DNA from: Podarcis bocagei
Lineage: Eukaryota
Reading direction: 5' to 3' (one strand)
NCBI GenBank assembly: GCA_964188305.1
Contig: OZ076888.1
Length of the DNA stretch: 64,000 nucleotides
How positions within the stretch are numbered: the stretch's first letter is position 1; the number at the start of each line of letters is the position of its first letter. A program made the translations under genes and the position numbers. The notes under the pieces were generated by a model. The model made no database searches and had not been told where the DNA came from. It saw only the letters and a list, made by a program, of their open reading frames with translations. Positions 50,569 to 63,427 of this stretch are shown here, in pieces.

Positions 50569-50623
<55 letters not shown>
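50028..50623 (+). mobile_element. Young L2 LINE 3' end (ORF2 C-terminus open)
   Basis: LHWLP...RVRFKVLLLTFKALHGLGPSYL...RAFS..APTWWN.L...FRRACKTELF; 3' UTR; (TTA)n tail. Confidence 0.95.
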
Positions 50624-50624
<1 letters not shown>

Positions 50625-50941
50625 CCACTAACCCCTGATCATTCCCTTCTGTTGGAGATCGGAGCTATGTGTGACACTCAGCTTGGCATGCATCCTCTAC
50701 ACAGGCCTGCTGCCCTTAGTTGCTGTGGAGGAGGCTATCCCATTGCCAATGTCAGGTTTCTGCACCTGAAAGGAAGGGAGGTGCCGTCTTGCCCTTTGCC
50801 TCAGGCAGCAAAATGTATTGGAATGGTCGTGGTTGGAACTGAATCTCATTGCAGACATGATCCAAGAGAGTCCAGTTCTGACAAGCCTATGCACCCCTTT
50901 CAGAGAACCTCTACAAAGGAGGTTTCAGAGTCTGGCAAGTA

Positions 50942-51183
50942 CAGTGGTACCTCGGGTTACATATGCTTCAGGTTACATACACTTCAAGTTACAGACTCCA
51001 CTAACCCAGAAATAGTACCTTGGGTTAAGAACTTTCCTTCAGGATGAGAACAGAAATCACGCAGTAGCGGTGCAGCGGCAGCGGGAGGCCCCATTAGCTA
51101 AAGTGGTGCTTCAGGTTAAGAACATTTTCAGGTTAAGAATAGACCTCCAGAATGAATTAAGTTCTTAACCTGAGGTACCACTG
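50942..51183 (-). mobile_element. Tigger/pogo-like MITE
   Basis: TA TSD on both sides; TIR cagtggtacctc.ggtta; reverse complement of the 23126 copy. Confidence 0.93.
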
Positions 51184-52639
51184 TACCATCTAAATTGCTC
51201 TGGTATAACCACCCATCAACACCACCAAAGAAAAAAATCAAGTTGCACACGACCTTAGACTAAGGAAACATTTGGGGATTCATCTGAAACTTTGCAGGCA
51301 CTTCAACTGAACTAACGGCTTCTTCATCAGCATGTGGGTGGTGGGCAAATCTGCATGCACAGCGGTTGGTGTAGCTGCAGTGGGGAGGCATTTACTTGAC
51401 CTCCAAACAGTGGAGTCACTGCTTCTTACTGGGAGGGAGAGTGGCAGTGGGGCAGAAAGGTTGGCGCAGTGCAAACTCATCAGCAGAGCCAATCTCTAAA
51501 TCCTTGTCCTTCTCAGTAAGCAGTGACTCAGCAGTCAGGAGGTCAGGTAGTGGTGCCTCCCGCCACACCATTCACATATGTGATGCTGGAGCTCTTATGT
51601 GTTCACTAGAGGTTCCACATCCACAAGGAGACTCATTCCAAGGTGGCATCAAGCAGACATTGTGCCATCCTGTTTTTCCTACCCCACCACTCTCCATAAA
51701 GAAGGGGGAAACTTGGGAATTGGCAGCCCAACTTGGCCAGAGGCCAGGACTGGCCACCTCACATGCAAGACGCTCTTGGAATTTATTTAAAGCGGTAAGA
51801 CGAGAGGACAGTTCAGAGCACTGGATTAATTCCACTTTCTCCCCTCTCCCTTCCTCTTTTTCTCTCCCTCTCTCTTTTTTATTAGGAAAATAAAAGAGAC
51901 TTTGAAATATTAAGAGATAGTGGGATTAGAGCCCTCTCCTGCTAGCCCCAGTATTTCCTCCCCTATTAATTTCCACTTGATTAGAATTCTTTTTGAAGTA
52001 TTTAAATATGGACAATAGGAAAAGGGGAGGGTGAAGTTATTGAATATCAGTTAAACTGTATTAATATAAGCTCAGTTCCTGCTTTTATATAGATACTTCA
52101 TATATATGTATAGTCTCCACCAGGAATAAAGTAGCCCTAACCCTCCTCCCCACCTCAAGTAATTATGATTTCTTTTTTTAAAAAAAAACACTATAATGAA
52201 ACTCTTAAACTTTAATAGCCCATTTATAAATCCCTAGCTTAAAATTTAAATGCTTAAAAAAGTTTTAGAACTGTGGAAATTTGATTCCTCCCCCCACTTT
52301 TTTTTTATAGACATAAGAGGCACATTTATAATGTTAAACTTGTGAAGCGTGTATTACAAAAATGCTCACCCATTGCCCTGATGGAAAAATTGAAGCCAGG
52401 AGGTTATCGGGGAGTTTTAATGGCCGTCTGTTTGTAGTAGGGGAGGGGGTGGCGCTTGCATCTCTTAATTGGGGGTGGGGAACAATTGACAAGTAGAGGA
52501 ATCAGCCTGGTATCCTTTCCCATTGTGGAGCGCCATGGTAGAGGGTCACAAAGCATTTCCCTTTTAAAGAAGGCTAAAGCTGTTGCCGTGCACAGAAGCT
52601 AAATCTTGGGTCTCACCCCCCCCTCCCCACTTCTCCTTC

Positions 52640-53270
52640 CACTTTTGACAGACAGCAGTGGGCCTTCCTTGTCATGGCCATTTTGCACGTCCCAACTCAT
52701 CATCTGCTGTGAGCCAAAGCCATTCTTTGGGGGGCTTTATTTATAAATCAGTCCTTTAATAAACCAGATTTAGATATCTCCGTTTAGATTCATAAATCCT
52801 TTACACACACATACAAAAAAAGAAAAAGAAAAGGGGGGGAGAAAGAGAAGGAGCGCTAAGACCTGCATTTTGATTTACAAGCCATGACTTTTAGCATCAG
52901 ATTTAACTACCTGACTGACTTCTGAAACATTCGATTGGCTTATGAGTCAGGGAAATAGATTTACAAATCCTAAAACAGATTTACAAATCCTGCAAACATA
53001 ATCACACGCCGTGCCAATAAGTTCCCCCGGCAAGGAAGATAGATAAATAAATAAATAAATAAAGGGCGCTCATTTACAAATCTCTTCTTTACCATTTGGA
53101 ATACAACGGACTGATTTACACACGGAAAACTCGGAGGCCCTGTCACTGTTATGACTGGCTTTTATAGATCCAACACTCACATTTTTTAATGCCAAATTCT
53201 AATCTATAAATCTTGATCGGCTTTTCTGTATCTGATTTCCTTCCCTAATGTTCTGATTTACCAATGAGCT
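52640..53270. promoter_or_regulatory. Candidate enhancer: cluster of PBX-HOX-type GATTTA motifs with MEIS-type sites
   Basis: Ten GATTTA/TAAATC cores in about 520 bp, four of them full TGATTTAY; TGACAG at 52646 and CTGTCA at 53140; no recognisable TE. Confidence 0.5.
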
Positions 53271-55706
53271 CTGTTGATATTCTTCGTGCCTCATTCATGC
53301 CGCATGATACTGCTGAAACTATTCCACCACCACCCCAATCACAGTTAGCAAGATGTTGCACCTTGGTGGGACTTGATAATGCCCTGGGAGGCACCATAAG
53401 TTGCCAGGGCAGGGGCTGCAAAGTCTCCCTTTAGCCTTCCAGCGTATGACTCAATCAGGTATCCTAATAGTGACACGCATTTGCCTCTTCTGGCATGGAG
53501 TGAGGGGCCAAACTAGATGCATGCAGTCATTGCGCACATTTTCTGATAATGTAAATAATAGTTATGGAGAAACCTGAGCATTCTGAGAATGGTGAGTTTG
53601 CCTGGAAAAGGAAGGTTCCCCCCCCCCACCTTGCCATAGTCCTTACAAAAATCACCCCTCCAGAGCAGCCATTTGCATTGAAAGGGAAGCCATTGGTGCC
53701 AATGAAAGCTTCTTTGGCGGGTTCAGAAAATGATTATTTTTTTGTAAGAACTACAATAGGGAGATAAGAAATTAAAGTTGTTCTCCTCACTCACCATGGG
53801 CCCCAGCCCCATGGTTCCAAGGTTTCCCCATGGCTGCTGATTTATCTAGCAATAAATAAATAAAAATGGGCTGATGAATTGCATGAATGCAGTTAGCATC
53901 ACATCTAGTTTGGCTATGAGGTATGCTGCAGGTTTTTAAAACCATCTTTCTCTCCCCCCTCCCCCGCCCCCGCTCCTCATGTTCTCTCTAGTTTCAATGG
54001 TGCACATTTTTTAATTACTTAGTTTCTACATTGTACAAATTGTCAAATATATGTTATATAGTCACCTTGGCTGCCTTGACAGAAAGGCAGTATAAAAATG
54101 CAATCAATCAATCAATCAATCATTTATGTGGAATAAATAGTTTCATTGTGTTTTTTGTGTTATATCCCCATGAAGATGTTTTATTAGTATAAAGCTGAAT
54201 TATATAACTAAATGGAATAAATCAGCATAAAATCTACCCCAGGGGAGTACAGGGGCCTTCAAGATTTGCCCGTGCACTAAAAAAATATATCTGTTTCTAC
54301 ATAAAATGAAGCTTGGTGTTTCCCCATTCACTATAATGGGGAATCTAAAAACAGCCCATAACTTTCCATCCTTTGGCCAAAGCAGATGAAATTTACAGGT
54401 TCAGAGTTGATTAAGGCTGCCTGATTGCAGACAATAGATCCTGGGGCTTTGGGAGGGGGAGTAAAAAGGATTCGCTTTCCTCTATAATCCCTTGTGTTTA
54501 TTTTTGTGTTAACCTATCTTATTGTGCACCAGTGGCAGATGGCATGGTGGGAGAGCACCATTTAACTGGCCCCTGTCCAGTTGCATTGGTAGTGCTTACT
54601 GGGAGATAGAGAGGGAGGGGGAGGCAGCAGGGCCCACTGAGCACCCCAGATTGGTGCATTTGCATTGCACCAACCTCACCACCTCGACCCTCCCCCTCTA
54701 CCTTCTGGTAAGCTGTAGTGAAATGAGTGGAAGTCAAGTAGCTGGCACTGCCCCACCTTGCAATTCACTACTGCTTTCCCCCAAATGGCTTCCCAATCAA
54801 GATGTCTAATAGCAGCAACACAAATGCCATCAAATATAATTTGTTTGCTGAAAATCTAATGAGCAGACTTCCCATAGAGTCATGTGCTCTTCAGAGTCAG
54901 TTGATCTCTAGTGATGAATGGATCACAGGTTTTAATTCCTGAACGAGGAAAGCTGCTTTCAATAACACCTGGCATATGTATTCTCAGCAGCACTGTAGCA
55001 CAACTTAGAGTATTAATTCTCACCTGGAAAACTTAATCATGTGGTTCCAGAACTCAGGTTGGACTCATTACATTCTCCTTTCCAACGTCTCTACCTGAGC
55101 ACAGCTGTTACCAAGTGCCCCTTATCTGAGCAAGCTGAATTTTCTTTCATTCATGGCATAATACAGAAGGGGAGAAGTTGAATCTGTTTCTTTCCCCTTT
55201 CAAGTATTTCACATCTGCCCATCTTCTCCCAGTGTTATATTGCCCTGTCACCCATTGTAGTTGTGGCGTGGAGGGAGGCACTTCTCCAAAGCACTCTTGA
55301 GAGAATTTTTTTAAAGATTGTGAGATATCACTGCTGAACTGGCTGCCTAAAACAGGGATTTGCAGAAGCAGGGCTGGCCAAGACACTTTGCTGCCTGAGA
55401 TGAAAGAAGAAAATAATAATAATTAGGACCCAAGATCAGTCAAATTATTTTGGCACCTGAGGCAGAAAATCCCACAAGCATCTCTCTCCCTCCCTCCCAA
55501 CACTGAAAATCTCTACTTAATGATAGGGCTTGGCCTGTACAATGCACTGGGCAGCTACCTAGCACCTGCTGGTTCCTTGCAAAGAATGCTGGAGCCAGTG
55601 GACCTAAAGACTGATTCACTACTTAAGTTGCTAAACAAGAGTGTCTGACATAAGAGTGTCTACTTAATGCAGTTATTCCTGAACCGGGAAGAGGTCCTGA
55701 GTATGC

Positions 55707-55941
55707 TAGGGTTGCCATACGTCCGGAATTTCCCAGATATACCCGAAATACTGCAGTCGGAAGCAGTGTCCGGGACAATCCAGGTGTATGGCAACCCATG
55801 TCAGCAGTGTCCTTTTTGCCAATTTCCCATAAAAATTGAGTAAAAACTTCATTTTTTTGCAATTTTGCCAAAAAGCAAAACTAAAAAAGAGCTCAACAAC
55901 TTATGCGTCGGATTTTCACTTTTTGAGATATGGCAGCCCTA
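55707..55941. mobile_element. hAT MITE (TAGGGTTGCCA type)
   Basis: 8-bp TSD gagtatgc (55699-55706, 55942-55949); TIRs tagggttgccata / tatggcagcccta. Confidence 0.92.
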
Positions 55942-57649
55942 GAGTATGCACTTTTGTTTCATAATAAACCAATGTACACTGACTGAAATCTGCCTGCCTC
56001 TGATCCAAAAAATAAAATAAAATGGGGATAGCAAATAAAAAAAATCTTCCCTTTCCATTTATACCTCTCTCTGCACATGTGTGAGAGAGAGAGAAGAGGA
56101 GAGAGGGGGGGAGTTAGCTATTAAGGATCCCACATAGCCACAGGCAAATTCTCTCCTCCCCTCCTTTCCGAGGCCTATTTTTTAAGCAGAGATTGCTCTG
56201 GCGGTTCAAGGTGCTATCGAGCTCCAACCAGGGGACAATTACAAGACTCCAGTTGGAGTGTCTGAGGCGATGCTTGCATCTGATAAGGTTGAAGGGGAAT
56301 AATGGGAAGGAGGGAAATGATAATGGGTTGTTGAATGGATGGGATGAGGTATCATTGCCAAAGAGCCTGGAGACAGAAGCAGCTGCTAATGCAAACAGGG
56401 ATTCCCCCCCCCCCTTCTCTGTCTCTCCCTGCTTCCTTCTTTACCATTTTTCATGTGTGTGTGTGACACACATACACACAGCACTTCAAATATCATTCTT
56501 TTTCTCGCTCCAAGCAACTGTCTTAATGGTGCTTGCCAACAACTTTGATAGCAGGAGAGGGCCTCCAGGAAGGCTGCCTCTCCCTTAGCACTCTCAGTAC
56601 CAATAGATAACAGACATTTTCCTCTCTTTCTTTTCCCCTTCCGTCCTTCCATCCTTTTCTCCCATCCTTCTTCCTGTCATTTTACAACTTTGAAATTTTC
56701 ATTTATTGCTTCACAAAATTTATATACTGCTTGAATCGAAAAACACACGCACACCCTCAAATGAATTATATAATGCAGGGATGGAGAACCACAGGCCTGG
56801 GGGCAGGATGTGGCCCTCTAAGCCTTTTTATGTGGCCCTTTGGGTTCTCCTCCAACCACACCCTTCTCGAGCTTTGCTTGATGCCTTCCTTGAGTGTTGG
56901 GTACCAGTGAGGAATCTGTTATTGGACTCTGATGATGCCTCTTGCTTGCTCGGATGAAGGATAGAGAGGAAAGGTGTGTAGAAACTGGCCTACTGCACAA
57001 AGGTAATGTTCACATTCATTGCTCTGCCCATTTTTACCTCTGTCCCCAAAAGGTTCCCCAGACACATGAGGAGACTGTGGTGAAGTGAATGGAGAAGGAA
57101 GCAGGCAGAGGGATGAAAGAGACTTTACCCAACTGACTGTGGCTCAGTCCAAAAGCACTAAGAATTTGTGCTAGGGCTGAGGTTTTACAGTGTGATGGGG
57201 AAACAGTGTCAGATACAGAGTTTGGAGGTCCTTGGACCGGATGGGGACCTTTAGATTGAAGGACTGGGTATCAAATGCAATACAATAGATATGATGTCCT
57301 CTGTTGGCCATGCTTCTTGGGTGGGTCCACCTCCTTGCCACCATGACTACTGTGCCTTCACTTTCTCTCTCCCTCTGTTTTCAGTCTGGAGTTCTGCCTA
57401 GAGATTAGAGAGGGCAAGGCAAGGTGGATACTGCACTTTCTCACTGAATTTTTCACTTCTCCGGTTTTTGAATAGGGCAGGCGAAGCAGCAGCAACAGCA
57501 AGGAGGACCAGCTTGAGCAGGCAGAGGGCTTGGGTTAGGGATGCAATGGTTTCCCCACAATGCGCAGCAAGAGTGTTTCTCACAGAGGCCTCTCTAGGAA
57601 ACTTACAGGAAAACTCTGTGAGCTTCAGTTCCTATCATGTACCTACCTA

Positions 57650-57846
57650 GCAAAGCATGAATTGTTGGTTTGACTGTATTTTAAATCTGACCATTGTTCC
57701 ATCTCAGAATTGTCTACACTAGCTGGCAGCTGCTCTTCACAGTTTGAAACAAGAAACGTTCGTAGCCCTATCTGGAGATGCTGGAGCGGGGATTGAACCA
57801 GGAACCTTCTGCTTGCAAGGCTGATGTTCTGCCACTGACCTACAGC
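57650..57846 (-). mobile_element. Squam3-like SINE
   Basis: Minus strand gctgtaggtcagtggcagaac...ggttcaatcccc...catctccagatagggc...gtgtagacaattctgag. Confidence 0.8.
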
Positions 57847-58167
57847 AGTTTGGTCAAACTCATGTTTGTAGCTTCGAGAACACTGTCCAACCATCTCATC
57901 CTCTGTCGTCCCCTTCTCCTTGTGCCCTCAATCTTTCCCAACATCAGGGTTTTTTCCAGGGAGTCTTCTCTTCTCATGAGGTGGCCAAAGTATTGGAGCC
58001 TCAGCTTCACGATCTGTCCTTCCAGTGAGCACTCAGGGCTGATTTCCTTCGGAATGGATAGTTTTGATCTTCTTGCAGTCCATGAGACTCTCAAGAGTCT
58101 CCTCAAGCACCACAATTCAAAAGCATCAATTCTTCGGCGATCAGCCTTCTTTATGGTCCAGCTCTCA
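57845..58167 (-). mobile_element. BovB (RTE) LINE fragment, ORF C-terminal region
   Basis: ESWTIKKADRRRIDAFELWC.RRLLRV.WTARRS..SI.KEISPECSLEG...YFGHLMRR.DSLEKTLMLGKIEG.RRRGRQRMRWLD is the BovB C-terminal signature. Confidence 0.96.
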
Positions 58168-58636
58168 ATTCATCACTAATGATATGCACTGCATTGTAGG
58201 GACACATTCAAAAGGTGCTGAGCACTTGAATACTCCTTTTTATGGGTAGCTTTTTGAAAAGTCTGGTGGGCGGGTTCAAGATACCTGGAGTTTCGTGTCT
58301 TGGTGAGTCAATGCTTGTTAGGACTATGCGAAGGCTTTTAGTCAGTTGGAATTGCTGAGCCAGCAGCAGGAGACATTTTATAGCTCTGGCATCTTTTTGG
58401 ATGATTCATACAGCTCCCACTGCCCGCTATCTTCAAGCGTGCACCTCTTCAAAGACGGCAAGGGGGAAAGCCTGGGCAATTAGAACGGAGACGCTTTATT
58501 TAAAGAGAGAGAGAAAAGCCATTTTTAGGACCTAAAATAAAAGACCGCCGGGGGAGGGAGGAGAATATGCCCCATTACGCATCTAGATTCTGCTCAGGAT
58601 ACATAGGAAGTCCAAATGCACTTCAATCAAGATCAG

Positions 58637-58638
58637 GA

Positions 58639-58710
<72 letters not shown>

Positions 58711-58712
58711 AA
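58637..58712. repeat. (GAAA)n microsatellite
   Basis: Visible directly. Confidence 0.95.
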
Positions 58713-61700
58713 AGTTGATTTTCTTTCCAAGCCTTGAAAGTGAATCTATTTGGTACAGGGCTGAAAGAAGATGCTTGTAAGTAACTGGAGAAAGTGTTTA
58801 CTCAGTGAATTAGTTCAGCTTCTATTGTATGCAGTGGATTAGGGCCGCAGCAGTGGATCAAGCACCGTTTCAAGCTGGAGTGGCTCACTATTAGCTACCT
58901 CCAGGGCAAGACTAATTATCATAGGGCTTAGGCCATTAAAGGGCTTTAACTACCAATACAGTCTCTTCCCAGGCCTGGATTAACTCTTTGCCTAAGGCAA
59001 ACTTCCTAGATAACCATTCTTCTTAATGGTCCGCTTTGATTTCTCTGCCTCTCTCTTTCTCTTCTTTGCCTTTCACCTTTGCCTTATTCTTGGATCTCCA
59101 ACAATACGAATCAGATCTTCCACTCCTGGACTGGCAAAACACTGGGAAGCTTCCAGGATGCTCTTCTTCCCTCAGCACCAACAATATCCTTCCCCACCCA
59201 AGGAAAAAGTGAATGGGAAGGAGTTGTGTTTTTTTTAACAAAACAGTGGCTAAAGACTTATCAGATTCCTGTTAAGTGCCGTGACTTGCTGAAGGGACAG
59301 TACAGATTCCAGGGAAACCTCATTTTGGTTGCAGAGATTATATATTGCAACATCACCAGGCCCCCATCCCGCATGCCTCTGATCCAGAGACTGCCCAGAT
59401 CAAAGGAAGAGACAATTTGACTGAATATATACATTCCAAAATCATGTATTTCTTGAGATAAAAGCCATACATAGTGCACAGCTAGAGTTTCTGAATAAGT
59501 CAACCAACATGTCTTCATTTTCTAGAGGAGAATCTGGAATCTAGTGAGGCTCAAGGGCCAATGAATGGATCTATCAGAAACTTGGTTTATAGCTAGACCT
59601 GTTCCCAAGATCCATGCATTATCATTTATAATCTTCATTACAGTAGTTTTAAAATTTATCCCTTGCCTTTCTATAACAAAGATCCTCAAGGCAGATTACA
59701 AAATAAAAACAAACCACAAATAATGAAATGTATTAAAATACCATTCTAACTCTTCAAAACAAACAGACCGAGCATCCTAAAAGCATGCCAGCATCCAGCA
59801 AATAAAACAATGTGAGGAGTTAGATAGATTCTATGTGAGACATTAATGTTGTATACACTATAAGGTTGGGGGGAAGTTAGGTGGGGAGAGGGTGGGTTGG
59901 TGAACTTTCATTATTTTTACTTAGTGTGTGAGGTTTTTGCTCCGTTGTTAACTTCATCAAGCCCCACACAAGCCCCTTCGTACTCCTTCATCCAGTCTGT
60001 TCTACATCTGAGGCCCTGGTCCTAATAACCTCACTGACATTGTTCAGCAGAACTCTACCAAGAGTAGGGTTGCCTTGGTGGTGGAACTGACATTTAAATG
60101 ACAGATAAATCCAGTGCTTTTTTTCTTTAAAAAAATATTTAGGGGTACTCTCATTTTGACTCAAGAAAATCACCATTTTATACTTCAAATTGGGAAAAAT
60201 AAATACAGTAAATGGACAAAAGTACAAAGAACATGCATTACTCATACTGCCCCTCAAAGAGGCCAAATTTTCATCAATAAAACACCACACATCCACATTC
60301 CACACTGCTTCACACATTAAACGCTCACTTCCATCTGAGACTCAGGAAACACTGTGACAAGAAATGAGGCCGCCATCGGCAATAGCAACAGAGCTGACGA
60401 TTCACTGTGCTAGAGAAGACACTAAAAAAATTTAAATTTTTAGTTTCTTCTCCTGTTAGATTCACTAAATGCTTGGGTGTATGTGTGCGCTGCCTGCGTC
60501 CTCCCATAAAAAAGCACTGGATAAATCTAAAAACAATATGGAGAAGAAGCCCTTGGCAAAAAAAAAAAAAAGTGCTATTCATCCAGCTGAGAAAGCTTGT
60601 TAGAAGAAAAAAAATCTATTCAATTGTTTCTAGAAAGCACAGGTAGTAGGCTCCCGTCACACCTCCTTACCATAACATTTGAACTGGGCTTCTGTCTGTG
60701 TGGTGTAGGCTGTTTTCTCTCTGCTCCAATGATATTAGTGCATATATGCTTTACCATAAACAGCAGGACTGGCCCTACCATTTGGCAGAGTGAGACAACA
60801 ACTTCAGGTGTCAGTTGTTATGGGTGGCAGTGAGGTGTTGGAGGACAGAACTGTGTATATCATGTGGCCTGCCCCTTAAGCTTGCCTACTGCCCTCAGGG
60901 GTGGTACCAACCATTGCCTCTTTGCCAGTCTGGAGATGAGAGCCGATGGCCAGTTCAGTCAGCTTCTACCCACGGAATGGGGAAGGGTTGCCATCTTGTC
61001 TGTTACATCAGGCAGCAAAATGCCTTGGGCCAGCCCTGACCATGTGCCACACGGTTGAGCAGCCCATGATCCTTTCCCCCTTCCATATATTGAGATTTTA
61101 TTCCGATTTTAAATGCAATTCTGTAATTTCTACATGCACCCATATGGTTTATTTTTCCACCTATTTCCCACTGTGCTTTAAAAAAAGAGAAGTCATGAAC
61201 CCTTCTTACCCCTACCTATTTGGCAATCTCGCAGACATTCTCCCTATCCCCGCTTTTGTTTTTCTGTTAGCAGCGCAGTGGAAATAGGGATGCTGATCTG
61301 GCCCCCAGCTGTCTGCGAGGCCACCTGAGCCCACTGCCAAAGAGCCTGTTGCTCATGAGAGCAGAAAGCAGGTGTGCTTCAAAGTGCTTCACAGGGACAA
61401 ATGAAAGAAGATGGTAAGAAGAGAAAATAAAAGATGCCTGATTGGATCCTTACAGGAATTCATCTCATCCCCATGTCTTTTGAGTTTTGAGAAATGAGTT
61501 ACAGATCGAGTCCCTTGTGGGATCCATTAAACTGTATTGTGAGTATTTCAGTCAGCTGATTCCATCATGCAGACCATTTAGATTAGACCAAACATAACTG
61601 GCCAAAAGCAGGATAAGCAATGATGCTTCTTGTTGCCCCTAGTTTTATTCTTGCATCTGTTATGTGCCCATTTTCCAAGTCTGCGCCTCTTCTCCTCCTC

Positions 61701-62225
61701 CTCCTTTTCCTCCTTCTTCACAACCACTTTCCCCATGGAATTTCTTTTGCCATTTCCATGAGCCACCCTTCTGACACAAGAGGTCCCAGGCTTGGGTCCA
61801 GCATCACTCAAAGTTTAGCCTGCCATTTGTGCAGCCAGTGGGATGCTAGGATGCTTGTCCATCCATTCCCCCCCCCCATCCCATTTCCACAGAGAATTAA
61901 TTGTCTCTGTTAAGGGAACACAAAGGCAATCTGTGTCCTAAAAGGATGCTGTCTGCACAGGGCCTTAAATGTAAATGTGCTCTTTGGTCAGCCAAAAGTG
62001 ACCTAATTTTATCTCTTCCGGCATTTGCTTGGAAGCCACACGCTTTCTTCCCTTTGCGCTGACTTCTCCCTCCGTTAACATGTGGAACAAATGTCTCCTT
62101 TGGACCGTGATGAGGCTCAGGCAACTCAAGAGAGGTCGGCAGGAATGCTGCAGTTTGGACCCTGGGCTAGTTTTATTTTCTATTGAATCTTGATGGAAAC
62201 GCATACACAGCAAGTCGGGCCCCAT

Positions 62226-62362
62226 NNNNNNNNNNNNNNNNNNNNNNNNNNNNNNNNNNNNNNNNNNNNNNNNNNNNNNNNNNNNNNNNNNNNNNNNNNN
62301 NNNNNNNNNNNNNNNNNNNNNNNNNNNNNNNNNNNNNNNNNNNNNNNNNNNNNNNNNNNNNN
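62226..62362. other. Assembly gap (N run)
   Basis: Run of N. Confidence 1.
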
Positions 62363-63427
62363 CCTCCCTCATCCGCCCTCCCCTCCCATCTCCCTGCTAA
62401 TATCGCTGCTTCATTCCTTTCCCTGTTGGCTATTACTATGGACTACAGCGAATCTAAAACTAAATAATCCCCTTAGTGTCAAGTTTTCTGGGCTGAGCAA
62501 ATAAATCTAACCAAATGCATTATCTAGGTAGAGGAGGCTGTTGTAAGGGAGGGGGAGGGAGATAAAAGCTATTTTACTTTAAGGCAAAAGAGTAAAACCA
62601 TCATTTTCCCCCTTATTCGCATTGTACTTTTCAAAGTTGTTTTTAGGGTTGTTGTTTTTTTTAAAAAAAACTTTGCTGTCCAATTCATTCTCTTTTCCAA
62701 CTCTGCAAGTCTAATTAAAGCAATTTATAGAGCCCACTATTCTTTGCACTACAGAAAGACCCCCAATAAGATGCTATTCAAATCCACCTCCTCGGCAGGT
62801 AATTCTGATCAGGCAGTAAAAGCAGTCTAAATAAATAAAGGCTCCCCACTTTCCTCTTGTGGGGGAGGAAGGATATTAGAAAACTCATTTATGAGGACAG
62901 CGCACACGATGGATCTGCATGTTGCATAGTTTGATTGAAAGGTCTGCTGTGTTTAGCAGCGCCTGGGATTTGTGAGTTGTCAATTCAAGACGGGAAGGTG
63001 GTTGGGTTCCATTCTAGGCAGCCAGGGTTCCACCATGACTAAGAATTATTCAACCATATTAACACTCCTGCCCAAATTATTTGTGGCGGCACAGAAAAAG
63101 ATATAGGACTGCAACATCGTTGCTGTTAGCCATAGTTTATTTATATACCGCCTTTCCCAGAAATACATTTGTACTCAGAGAGGTTCACAGAAATAAAACA
63201 GTCAAAGCACAACAGGGTAGTGACTGTTTTACACAATAAAAATTATAATAGCACTGCAGCAGAACATTAACAATTTAGCAATGAACAGTTTGTTTAAACT
63301 ATATTAAACATTTAAGTGAACATCATGCTTACCAATAGATCAGGCAGCACCTTCACATCCCAACATAGCCTAAAAGCTACTTTGAAGTAGTATCTGCTCC
63401 TGAAATGGTGGTGAACCCAGCATGGTA

